From IMG/VR virus record IMGVR_UViG_3300014680_000032: a stretch of DNA of 20,000 nt; one strand, given 5' to 3'. This DNA comes from an uncultured virus (IMG/VR IMGVR_UViG_3300014680_000032) (Duplodnaviria; Heunggongvirae; Uroviricota; Caudoviricetes). Shown here one piece after another: positions 1 through 8,244 of the stretch. Position 1 is the stretch's first letter; the number at the start of each line of letters is the position of its first letter. The notes beneath the pieces are model-generated. The model searched no databases. It was not told the origin of the DNA and saw nothing but the letters and a program-made list of their open reading frames with translations. The position numbers and the translations under genes were made by a program.

Positions 1-12
1 AGCCAAACCATT

Positions 13-1455
13 ATGGCGTCTGCTTTGCAAACTTTTGAGAAAGATTGGATTAACAGAACGCCTAGCGGCTCAAGAATAGGAATGCGTTTAATTGAAGATC
101 AAACTTGTCGTGGTGGTTATGCATTACGAATGGGAGATAATTCAGGAAACGATGAAGTATGGTTGAATTGGTTTTCTACCTTACCAATTGATGATAATAA
201 GATGTACCGGATTAAATACCGCTACAGAAGAGTGTCAGGTGCTGGTGTCGTTTATGTGGGGGCCACCTGTTTTAATGCCGCAAAAACTGCATTTATTACA
301 GACGCTAATTACATTAATGGAGATATCGGCTCAAGTCATTATGTGGTGGGTGGCGCTGCACCTGCCTTGGGTACATGGGTGACGGGTGTTGCTTATTTCA
401 AAGGTAGATCTGCTGGTGCAAGTAGTGGGGCTGGAACGCTTACAAACCCCAGAACATTTGCAAATAAAGCAGCTTTCTTTACTCCTGTTTTTATCGGCAA
501 TTATGCAGCTCAAGCAGGCGAAGTAGATCTAGATTACATCGATATTGAAGATGCAGACAATATTGCTGAATTTGAGAGTTTTAAAACTACATATACCACG
601 GATGTAGGAGCTTACGTTGGTTCACTTCAAACTCTCACTTCAGTATATGGGCCAAATGCAATTAATCTTAAGTCTCAAGTTGATTTGATCAACGGGATGA
701 AAGGTAAATACGTAATGGGAATGGATAACAACGGTGTTTTCTCTGGTTTATCCATGGTAAGTGAACAAAATAATGGAACTGTCCAAACTTCTATAGGTTT
801 CCAAGCTGATAGAATTTTTTTCACAACAGGTACTTCTTCTACTAAATATATGCCATTTATAATTAAAGATAATCAAGTGGTTATGAATAGTGATGTATTT
901 ATTAAAAATCTTAATGCGGATGTAATTACTGTAGGAAAATTAAATGTAGATCGAATTGGAGACCTTTCACTTGATTCTATTAAAATTAAAAATGGAGCCG
1001 TGAGTGATTCTTTTTACTCAAGTATAGAAGGACCACATGGAGATAATCCTGGATTCACTGGTAACCCATCTAGGACTTTATGTCCTGATATTCAATTGGG
1101 GACAATTAGTGTTCCAGTAAAGACGGGATATACAACGGTTGTATTCGCATATTGTGACACTACAGTGAATAGTTCTAACTACAGTGGATATAATTTTGGT
1201 AGTGTACTCGCAAAAATTCGTATTACCGCTTCAGGTCATCAATATTTAACTCCCTTAAATTTGACAGAATATCGTGTCGGTTCAAATACCTTTGGTGTTA
1301 ATGGTGCAAGTACTGGTAGTGTCCAAATTTTTTCATTACCTGTCGGAACAGCGGATGGAACTGTAGCGATTAACTTTGCCTTATTAACTAGTACTCTAAT
1401 TAAGAATTATTTTTGTGATGCTATTACTGTCTATGCAGTAATTCTTAAAAAGTGA
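13..1455 (+). CDS. Phage tail fibre / host-specificity protein (J-like, DUF1983-type segment), 5'-partial
   Basis: The frame is open from base 1, so the true start is probably upstream. It has a carbohydrate-binding-like beta domain (YRIKYRYRRVSG...VDLDYIDIED) and then KYVMGMDNNG..SGLSM..IGFQADRIFF..PFIIKDNQVVM, typical of lambda J-like C-termini. A beta-rich tip follows. Confidence 0.8.
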   Translation: MASALQTFEKDWINRTPSGSRIGMRLIEDQTCRGGYALRMGDNSGNDEVWLNWFSTLPIDDNKMYRIKYRYRRVSGAGVVYVGATCFNAAKTAFITDANYINGDIGSSHYVVGGAAPALGTWVTGVAYFKGRSAGASSGAGTLTNPRTFANKAAFFTPVFIGNYAAQAGEVDLDYIDIEDADNIAEFESFKTTYTTDVGAYVGSLQTLTSVYGPNAINLKSQVDLINGMKGKYVMGMDNNGVFSGLSMVSEQNNGTVQTSIGFQADRIFFTTGTSSTKYMPFIIKDNQVVMNSDVFIKNLNADVITVGKLNVDRIGDLSLDSIKIKNGAVSDSFYSSIEGPHGDNPGFTGNPSRTLCPDIQLGTISVPVKTGYTTVVFAYCDTTVNSSNYSGYNFGSVLAKIRITASGHQYLTPLNLTEYRVGSNTFGVNGASTGSVQIFSLPVGTADGTVAINFALLTSTLIKNYFCDAITVYAVILKK

Positions 1456-1462
1456 GTTAACA

Positions 1463-2035
1463 ATGGACACATTCTTGTATATTGATCAGTCAGGGAAAAT
1501 TCTTGGTAAATGTGCTGGTGAAATCGAATATGCAGAAATAAATAAGCCCACCGGTTCTACTTTAATTAAAGTAGGACCTAATCAAGAGAGTATTAGTAAA
1601 AATACTCATTTTTATGATTTTGTGGAGAAATGTTTTATTCCTCTTCCTCCAAAAACTACATTGCATTCTGAGTTCAATTACTTCAAAAAAAAATGGGTTG
1701 ATACAATTTCTTTAGAAATGCACCAAGACAGAAAGTGGAATGAGATAAAACTTAAAAGAGACGAATTTGAATTTTCTGGATTTGAATATGATGGTCATAT
1801 TTATGATTCAGATGCAATTTCTCAAATGCGTATTGTTACTGCAGCTATGGTAGGAGTACCCGTTGTTTGGACATTAAAAGATAATACTTTTGAATCTTTA
1901 TCGACTAAACAGCTCAATGAACTACGCATAGCTTTGGCAAACCATATTGAAAGTATCCACGAGCGAGGAAGAATAGCTCGAGATAAGATATATAAAGCAA
2001 CCTCTATTGAAGAGCTTGATTTGATTGACTTATGA
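1463..2035 (+). CDS. DUF4376-like tail fibre accessory/assembly protein
   Basis: Directly follows the fibre gene. KWNEIKLKRD..FEYDGHIYDSDAISQMRI..WTLKDN..LRIALANHI matches the DUF4376 pattern as I recall it. Confidence 0.7.
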   Translation: MDTFLYIDQSGKILGKCAGEIEYAEINKPTGSTLIKVGPNQESISKNTHFYDFVEKCFIPLPPKTTLHSEFNYFKKKWVDTISLEMHQDRKWNEIKLKRDEFEFSGFEYDGHIYDSDAISQMRIVTAAMVGVPVVWTLKDNTFESLSTKQLNELRIALANHIESIHERGRIARDKIYKATSIEELDLIDL

Positions 2036-2047
2036 GAAGGTTAATAC

Positions 2048-2076
2048 AAAAAAGCGCTCTAATGAGCGCTTTTTTT
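2048..2076. terminator. Bidirectional intrinsic terminator
   Basis: AAAAAAGCGCTC-taat-GAGCGCTTTTTTT, between convergent genes. Confidence 0.85.
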
Positions 2077-2080
2077 AATT

Positions 2081-2284
2081 CTAAGCTGGCTGGTCTACCA
2101 CCATAGGCGTGTCATCAACAAGTTCATAATGGACTGCTACAGCACCTGTTTCTAGATCCCAACCTAAATTCAATGTTTTAAATGCAGGTCGATTGTTATA
2201 ACGTTGAGCATTAATAATGTCTTTCGTTTTTTGAGCCAATTCAATATCTAAATCAGTAAAAACTTTTACTTTAACTTCAGCCAT
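2081..2284 (-). CDS. Small hypothetical phage protein (67 aa)
   Basis: GAGGA SD upstream, its own TGGAAC motif, and it ends at the terminator. Confidence 0.7.
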   Translation of the reverse strand: MAEVKVKVFTDLDIELAQKTKDIINAQRYNNRPAFKTLNLGWDLETGAVAVHYELVDDTPMVVDQPA

Positions 2285-2323
2285 GAGCTTTTCCTCTAAA
2301 ACAGATTGAAAATATGTTCAGAT

Positions 2324-2364
2324 AGAATTGCATGCTGGATATTTATTAAATCTGTTTGGTTCCA
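2324..2364 (-). promoter_or_regulatory. Putative late promoter TGGAAC-N30-ATTCT
   Basis: GTTCCA at 2359-2364 and AGAAT at 2324-2328 on the + strand, with the same spacing as the other copies. Confidence 0.55.
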
Positions 2365-2372
2365 ATTCACTT

Positions 2373-2434
2373 TGGAACCCATCTAAAAGTTAAAAATTAT
2401 TAGTCATCAAAATACTTAATTATTTAGGTATTTT
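2373..2434 (+). promoter_or_regulatory. Putative late promoter TGGAAC-N30-AAAAT with overlapping hairpin
   Basis: TGGAAC 2373-2378, AAAAT 2409-2413. Inverted repeat AAAATACTTAA/TTAGGTATTTT at 2409-2419/2424-2434. Confidence 0.7.
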
Positions 2435-2443
2435 GGCTTAGTT

Positions 2444-3979
2444 ATGTCTTCTCGGTTCTTATCGTTGTTACTCGGTGAAAATGTTAATTCATATGATCAG
2501 CAATTCGATACGTCTAATCAGGATGCAACAGCGCAGCTATATGAAACTATGGCTCCGTTTTCACTTGGGACTAACCAAACCAAAGCCAATAAGAAGCGTA
2601 CTCGAAAAGAAATTCTTACTAAATGGGAGAGAATGTTACGCTTTGCACCTATCGCAGAGGGTATGGGGATTCATGTTTCTGCAGCCTTAGGCGGAGATTC
2701 TTATAGCGGCCAACAAGTCTTTATTACGCCCGCAGAACGGTTAAAAAAGGCGAATGGACCAGCAGCTGAAAAACTAAAAAAACAACTAGATGAGCGCCGT
2801 GTAAAGATGGAAAAGCTGATCAATAAGTATTTAAGCAAGCTAGCCCGAGATGCAATTTCATTTGGTGATTCTTATGCACGTATTTACGGGAAAAAAGATC
2901 AAGGTGTAATTGACCTCGTATGTAATGAGTATACTTATCCACCATTAATACAACCTTTCGAACAAGGCAGTAAGACTGTCGCCTTTTTTTGTTTAGATCC
3001 TCGTAATTGGCAAAAAACTATTACCAAACTGAATACTATTCAAATGGTACGTTTCAAAATGCCCCGTATGAGCAATATTGCTCAATATGAGCTTGTAGAA
3101 ACTGGTCTAGTCACGAAAATGTTAGAGGGGGATGATCCAGATGAGCTACCTATCTTACCTGCGCATTTGGGCGGCTCATTCCTTTACGAAATTGAAGACA
3201 TTTATGATGATGTAATCCTTGCTTTGGCATCTATGAACAGCCAGCAAATTGCAGATACCGTAAATCAGATGTTCTTGACAGTAAATATGTCGGGAATGCC
3301 ACCAGCACAACGTCAAGCTTATATCCGTGGTTTAGAAGGTTTACTTAAAAATCATGAGGCTTATGTCCGTGATGCTTTATCAGGTGGAGAAGCAGTTTGG
3401 AATACTGCTTTTCACATGCTTCCGGTATTTGATGAAAAACAAGTTCTAAATCCAGTGGGTGATATCAAGAATCAACGAAGCTCACCTATTAATATTGAAC
3501 AGTTCATGATTAATGTCCGTTTGCTGATGGGTGGAATTGGTCTAGATCCAAGCATGGTCGGTTGGGCTGATATGTTAACTGGTGGTATAGGAGAAGGTGG
3601 AGCATTCCATACTTCTGCACAAATCATGCGTAGGTCACAAGATATTCGAACAGCAGCTTCCGAAGGGATTAATCAAATTCTTCATTTGGATTGGGGGTTT
3701 GCTTACAACGAACAATTTGAGCCTGAAGATTACCCTTGGCAAGTTGAATATTATTCAAACCAAACTGCAGCAGCTACAGAAGAAATCAACAATGCTCAAT
3801 CAAGAATGAATACAACATTACTTAAAACACAAGTAATCGCATCATTGAAAGAATCAAATTTAGATGTAGATATTATGGCGTACATTCTTGAGCGCGATAC
3901 AGGTATGAAATATGAGGAAGCATTAACATTAGCTGAAAGTATTGCTAAGAGCCGTAAATTTCCAGAGGATGAAGAATAA
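2444..3979 (+). CDS. Probable phage portal protein (P1 Prt / T4 gp20-like)
   Basis: 511 aa. WERMLRFAPIAEGMGIHVSAALG and LARDAISFGDSYARIY are portal-like N-terminal motifs, LMGGIGLDPSMVG is a portal-like C-terminal motif, and the context is virion genes. Confidence 0.65.
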   Translation: MSSRFLSLLLGENVNSYDQQFDTSNQDATAQLYETMAPFSLGTNQTKANKKRTRKEILTKWERMLRFAPIAEGMGIHVSAALGGDSYSGQQVFITPAERLKKANGPAAEKLKKQLDERRVKMEKLINKYLSKLARDAISFGDSYARIYGKKDQGVIDLVCNEYTYPPLIQPFEQGSKTVAFFCLDPRNWQKTITKLNTIQMVRFKMPRMSNIAQYELVETGLVTKMLEGDDPDELPILPAHLGGSFLYEIEDIYDDVILALASMNSQQIADTVNQMFLTVNMSGMPPAQRQAYIRGLEGLLKNHEAYVRDALSGGEAVWNTAFHMLPVFDEKQVLNPVGDIKNQRSSPINIEQFMINVRLLMGGIGLDPSMVGWADMLTGGIGEGGAFHTSAQIMRRSQDIRTAASEGINQILHLDWGFAYNEQFEPEDYPWQVEYYSNQTAAATEEINNAQSRMNTTLLKTQVIASLKESNLDVDIMAYILERDTGMKYEEALTLAESIAKSRKFPEDEE

Positions 3980-4632
3980 TGGCTTTCTTTGAATACGAAA
4001 CGCAGAATAAAACTAAAAATAACAGTTTTGGAAACGTTTTAAATCCGTTTAAAGAACGTTTTGCTAAGAATCCTGTCTTGTGGTCTGGGCTAACTGTTGA
4101 TCGAGCTGTTTCACATTATCAGGAACTTTACGCATTAGGGACACTTTCAGCGGCCCATTTTGGAATTGAAATTCGCCCGTACCGTGCAAACAGTAAAATT
4201 GCTCAAGCAAATATTCCAATTTTTGATCCTTCAAACAAAGTTGCTTGGTTAGCCAATAATGTAGAGGTATCACTACTAGATGCCCAAACCGATGCAGTGC
4301 ATGTGGGGCATTTTCAACTCAACCATGTAACTGGTAATGCTTCAAATGAGTTGAGCATTTCATTTATTGAGACTAAAGAAGCAGCTATTGCGAATAGTGC
4401 TAAAGCTATAAAAGAAATAATGTTTAATAAAGATGGTACTCAGTCGCCACCAATTGAATACTTAATGAGATTAAAAATATATGCTTTTGATAAAGCTGCA
4501 AGAAATCAGAACCAATTTGAAATTGAGCATCTAGTTTCACTTCAAGCAGGCAATTTGCCCCTTGATGCCTCTAATAAAGCACATGCCATTGTTACTTTAA
4601 ATTTCATAAAAATGTTTCCCAACTTAAAATAA
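3979..4632 (+). CDS. Hypothetical virion protein, possibly tail-tube/baseplate fold
   Basis: Translationally coupled to the portal-like gene (TAATG). The beta-rich pattern (ELSISFIETKE, AIVTLNF) resembles tube-like proteins; the function is a weak inference. Confidence 0.45.
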   Translation: MAFFEYETQNKTKNNSFGNVLNPFKERFAKNPVLWSGLTVDRAVSHYQELYALGTLSAAHFGIEIRPYRANSKIAQANIPIFDPSNKVAWLANNVEVSLLDAQTDAVHVGHFQLNHVTGNASNELSISFIETKEAAIANSAKAIKEIMFNKDGTQSPPIEYLMRLKIYAFDKAARNQNQFEIEHLVSLQAGNLPLDASNKAHAIVTLNFIKMFPNLK

Positions 4633-4636
4633 GCTA

Positions 4637-4700
4637 TGGAACTCATTGCCTTTATAGATTCACCTAATTGAGAAAATATCCTCAAACTAAAATGAGGATA
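4637..4700 (+). promoter_or_regulatory. Putative late promoter TGGAAC-N30-AAAAT with SD-sequestering hairpin
   Basis: TGGAAC 4637-4642, AAAAT 4673-4677. Perfect IR TATCCTCA (4677-4684) / TGAGGATA (4693-4700), whose right arm contains the SD. Confidence 0.7.
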
Positions 4701-4705
4701 ACTCC

Positions 4706-6658
4706 GTGAGTGTTAAATCAATTTTCATTCAAACACACGCACCACATCAAAGCCGATTAGTACATGGTTTTGACTCCATGGTGAATAGTGGTGCTTGTTC
4801 AATTGGGTTTATTAAGGGTGATTACCGTCAAATTAATGCTTTAGTCACTGAAGATTACACTGAAAATGATTTCTGGCGTGTTGTAAATTTAAAAGGTAAA
4901 AAGGGTGGGATAGATGCGTTTGATTCTGTTGCGGTATTAGGCGCTATCGATGACCAGCATGCAGCTGATTTAGCGATACTGCAATTTGGCCGAATGTTTG
5001 ATGCTTGTGTTACAGATGTTATTGAAACAAATCAATTTGGACTTAAGCGCCATTTATCTTCACAACAATTTAATTTGACGGGTGCAAAACCGATTCAAAG
5101 ATGGCAACTAGAACAATTACAAAATGTTGTCGCAGCTGAAAAACCTGAATGGGATGGAATCAATTTAATTTCTCATGAGGGTGATATTTCTAAGTTGTTT
5201 TTAGATATGCAACGAAATGATGATCACAGCCAATTATTAAGTAAATTTGATGGGTTACCTACGCTTTTATCTAGTCTAGGCGTCGAAGAAGCGCATTATG
5301 ACTCTATTATCGTTGATTACCAGCATTTAGAGCAGCTGTCTGCAATTTTGCATCACTCTATGGATCAGTTTTCAAAAACTGGCGTCAAAATCGTTAACGT
5401 TACGGAAAGTAAGCCCTTTAAGCATAAAAAAGTCCTTCAAATTGCCCTTACTTATGATTTTGATGACGGCCAAAACTTCACAATCCTTTTTCATAAGCCA
5501 GATCGATTATCAAAAAAAATTAGTCCAGCAGATTCATTAATTTCATGGAAGATTTTAATGAACAATCGGGATATTACTGCTGCAATCCAGCCTAATCAGG
5601 GAGAAGGAATTTCAATTCCAGTTCTCGCTGGTCGAATTATGAAGTTAATTAACCAAAATAGTAATCGTTTTAAGCGGTTACAATCTAAGAAAGCAGAAAA
5701 GGCCAAGGCTTTAGCAGATGCTGAACTACGCCTCGAGCAAAAACAAAGTCAATTAAATTCTTTAAGTGCAGAAATTTCCAATTTATTAAACGAATTGGAT
5801 CAGTTGCAAAATACATTGTTAACCAAGCAATCTGAGGAAAATGAAGGAATCATTAAAGAGAATAGTCTTGATAATGAGTTACCAGATAGTATTTCTGATG
5901 AAGAAGCCGAACGTTTAAAAGCCGATTTAAAGCGTTTAAATGCTGATCCTGAATGGGCAGGTGAAGATGGTTTACGTTACCAAGCATTCTTTGAACGTAT
6001 CAATAAGGCTCTAGAGGGGGACTCTGATGCGGTAGTTTGGGCTCGTGAATGGATTTCTGAACTAGATGACCAGGCTTTGGCTCAACAGCAAGCAGAATTA
6101 GAAGCAAAAAAACTTATTGATGCCGAAAATGAAGCTAAACAAAAAAGAGATGAAGAAGTTTTAGCAGCACGTGCAGCTGGTAAAGCTGAAAACAAAATGA
6201 TGCAAGCATGGTTAGACACTTTGGAAAAGCCTGAAGATACTAACAACATAGACTTTATGGCTTGGGTTTCAGATCGCCGTGGTGAATTCTTAAAAAACTG
6301 GAATGGGGCCGAAGGTTCACCAGAATATTTAACAGCATTTTATGAATATTCAAGAGCATGGGCAGATGAACATTTAGCGGATCGCCTCAGTAATAAAGAG
6401 CCAGCCCAAAATTCAGATAATGATGAATCTAAAGAACTAAATGCTCCGACAGAAGTTGAAGATCTTCAGCCTAGTACGACAAATGATGAAGGTAATCAAC
6501 TTTACCGTTCAGTAATTGAAGGGCAGGTTAAAGTTAATCTTGAGTTATTAGAGCAAATTCGAGATGAAGCAGAAAAAGACTTAAATGATCCACTTCTTAT
6601 TCCAGCGGTGACAGAACTCTTGAATCAAGTGCAAAAAATGGAAGCGGAGAATATCTAA
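4706..6658 (+). CDS. darA: Defence-against-restriction DarA-like protein
   Basis: GTG start with GAGGA SD. FDDGQNFTILFHKPD...LISWKILMNNRDITAAIQPNQGE...LAGRIMKLINQNSNRF matches the DarA N-terminal domain. A coiled coil and acidic helical regions follow. Confidence 0.75.
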   Translation: MSVKSIFIQTHAPHQSRLVHGFDSMVNSGACSIGFIKGDYRQINALVTEDYTENDFWRVVNLKGKKGGIDAFDSVAVLGAIDDQHAADLAILQFGRMFDACVTDVIETNQFGLKRHLSSQQFNLTGAKPIQRWQLEQLQNVVAAEKPEWDGINLISHEGDISKLFLDMQRNDDHSQLLSKFDGLPTLLSSLGVEEAHYDSIIVDYQHLEQLSAILHHSMDQFSKTGVKIVNVTESKPFKHKKVLQIALTYDFDDGQNFTILFHKPDRLSKKISPADSLISWKILMNNRDITAAIQPNQGEGISIPVLAGRIMKLINQNSNRFKRLQSKKAEKAKALADAELRLEQKQSQLNSLSAEISNLLNELDQLQNTLLTKQSEENEGIIKENSLDNELPDSISDEEAERLKADLKRLNADPEWAGEDGLRYQAFFERINKALEGDSDAVVWAREWISELDDQALAQQQAELEAKKLIDAENEAKQKRDEEVLAARAAGKAENKMMQAWLDTLEKPEDTNNIDFMAWVSDRRGEFLKNWNGAEGSPEYLTAFYEYSRAWADEHLADRLSNKEPAQNSDNDESKELNAPTEVEDLQPSTTNDEGNQLYRSVIEGQVKVNLELLEQIRDEAEKDLNDPLLIPAVTELLNQVQKMEAENI

Positions 6659-8169
6659 TGACAACTTTAAATCTAATTTCTATTCAAGATATTGCTAAAA
6701 ATCCATTAGTTGTAATTGATCAAATGATTAGTTTCTTTAAACCTAAACAGCCCTTTACTGGGCTATTGAAGGGTAGAACTAATAATGTGAAAACAGCCAA
6801 AGGACAAAAGATTTCTACTGTATTCGCTTTAGTTGATATTAATCAAGTAATTGCATCTCATACAGCAACTGGTGCGGAAAACCCTAATTATCCGCAAGAA
6901 TTGCAGCCACGAGATCGTAGTCGTGAATCCTCACAAGCATGGGTACAGAAAACTGCTAATGATTTAGACCCAGAAAGCCTAGGCCGCTCAGGTCGGGCAG
7001 ACACGGGAGCACCGATAACTGGTGATGATTTAGTTGTTGAATCAGGAAATGGCCGAACAATGGCAATCAAGCTTGCCTATGAGCGCGGTACCGCAGATGA
7101 GTATAAACAATGGTTGATTGATGAAGCTGATTACTTTGGCTTTAGCAGTGAGCAGGTCCAAGCAATAGCTCAACCAATCTTGATACGTATTCGTACAACT
7201 GAGATTGATAGAGCTCAATTTGCCATAGATGCTAACCAAGATGATAAGTTGTCTTTTACAGCAACTGAACGTGCTAAAGCTGATGCTAAACGTTTAGATG
7301 AGAATTTACTGGCTCTTTTTAACCCGAGTGAAGATGGCGATTTATTAGCAGTAAGTAATCAAAAGTTTATTCAAGGTTTTTTAAGTAAATTAGGTGATAC
7401 AGAAGCTGCCCAGTACACAACGAAAGATAAAAAACCAACACAAGCACTGATAAACAGAATCAAGGCCGCAATTTTTAGTAAAGCGTACAATGATGATCGT
7501 CTGCTAGAAATGATGGCTGATCATACAAAACCAGATCTTCAAAATATGCTTAATGCGCTTGGTGTTGCTGCGCCTAAATTTATTGAAGCGCAAGCTATAA
7601 GTCGTGGAAATGTTCAAGATATATCAGATCAAATCGTTGATGGAATGGAGCAAGCCATTGATCAACGTGTTGCTAATGCAATTATTGATGCAGCAAATAC
7701 CATTTTATCTGCAAAGCAAAATGATCAAGATATTGTTGAGTTTGTAAAGCAGCAAGGGCTTTTTGAGGATCTAGGAGAAGGTGTTGCTGAGCTCGCCGTA
7801 TTTCTCGCCAAGAATAGCCGCAGTTCAAAAAAAATGAGTATGTTATTTAAAGCATTAGCTGAATTTGCAGAGAAACAGGCTTTAGATAGTAGTAATGTAG
7901 GCTTGTTTGGTGAACCTGAACCAGTAAGTGTAAAAGATGCTATCCAATATGCACAACAAGTGCTTGGTGATGATTTCATTAGTGTGCAAATGTACGATTC
8001 CTTGGTTGATTCCAGCAGTTCAAGTAAACCTAAAATAATTCGATTAACGAAAGAGGGAGCTGAACGTTTTCACAGTGCTTTGAAAGTTAAAATTGATCAA
8101 AGTAATGACAAGGAAAATCAAGAAGGGAACAAAATTAATGACATTCTTTTTGAAGAATTAGATGTTTAG
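6658..8169 (+). CDS. ddrB: DdrB-like ParB-superfamily domain protein
   Basis: YPQELQPRDRSR...LDPESLG...GAPI...VVESGNGRTMAI is the ddrB-ParB signature. Coupled to darA by TAATG. Confidence 0.75.
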   Translation: MTTLNLISIQDIAKNPLVVIDQMISFFKPKQPFTGLLKGRTNNVKTAKGQKISTVFALVDINQVIASHTATGAENPNYPQELQPRDRSRESSQAWVQKTANDLDPESLGRSGRADTGAPITGDDLVVESGNGRTMAIKLAYERGTADEYKQWLIDEADYFGFSSEQVQAIAQPILIRIRTTEIDRAQFAIDANQDDKLSFTATERAKADAKRLDENLLALFNPSEDGDLLAVSNQKFIQGFLSKLGDTEAAQYTTKDKKPTQALINRIKAAIFSKAYNDDRLLEMMADHTKPDLQNMLNALGVAAPKFIEAQAISRGNVQDISDQIVDGMEQAIDQRVANAIIDAANTILSAKQNDQDIVEFVKQQGLFEDLGEGVAELAVFLAKNSRSSKKMSMLFKALAEFAEKQALDSSNVGLFGEPEPVSVKDAIQYAQQVLGDDFISVQMYDSLVDSSSSSKPKIIRLTKEGAERFHSALKVKIDQSNDKENQEGNKINDILFEELDV

Positions 8170-8172
8170 ATC

Positions 8173-8237
8173 TGGAACCTACTAAAAATTAGATACTTAC
8201 GATCATTCAACATAGGAATGTAAAGTTCCTATGTTGA
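8173..8237 (+). promoter_or_regulatory. Putative late promoter TGGAAC-N30-AACAT with 12-bp hairpin
   Basis: TGGAAC 8173-8178, AACAT 8209-8213. Perfect IR TCAACATAGGAA (8207-8218) / TTCCTATGTTGA (8226-8237), running into the GAGGG SD. Confidence 0.7.
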
Positions 8238-8244
8238 GGGATAT

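Noticed and set aside
2373..2400. GGAAC as an ECF/sigmaE -35 element
   Set aside because: The co-conserved element lies 30 nt downstream, not ~16 nt, and I saw no shared -10 at ECF spacing.
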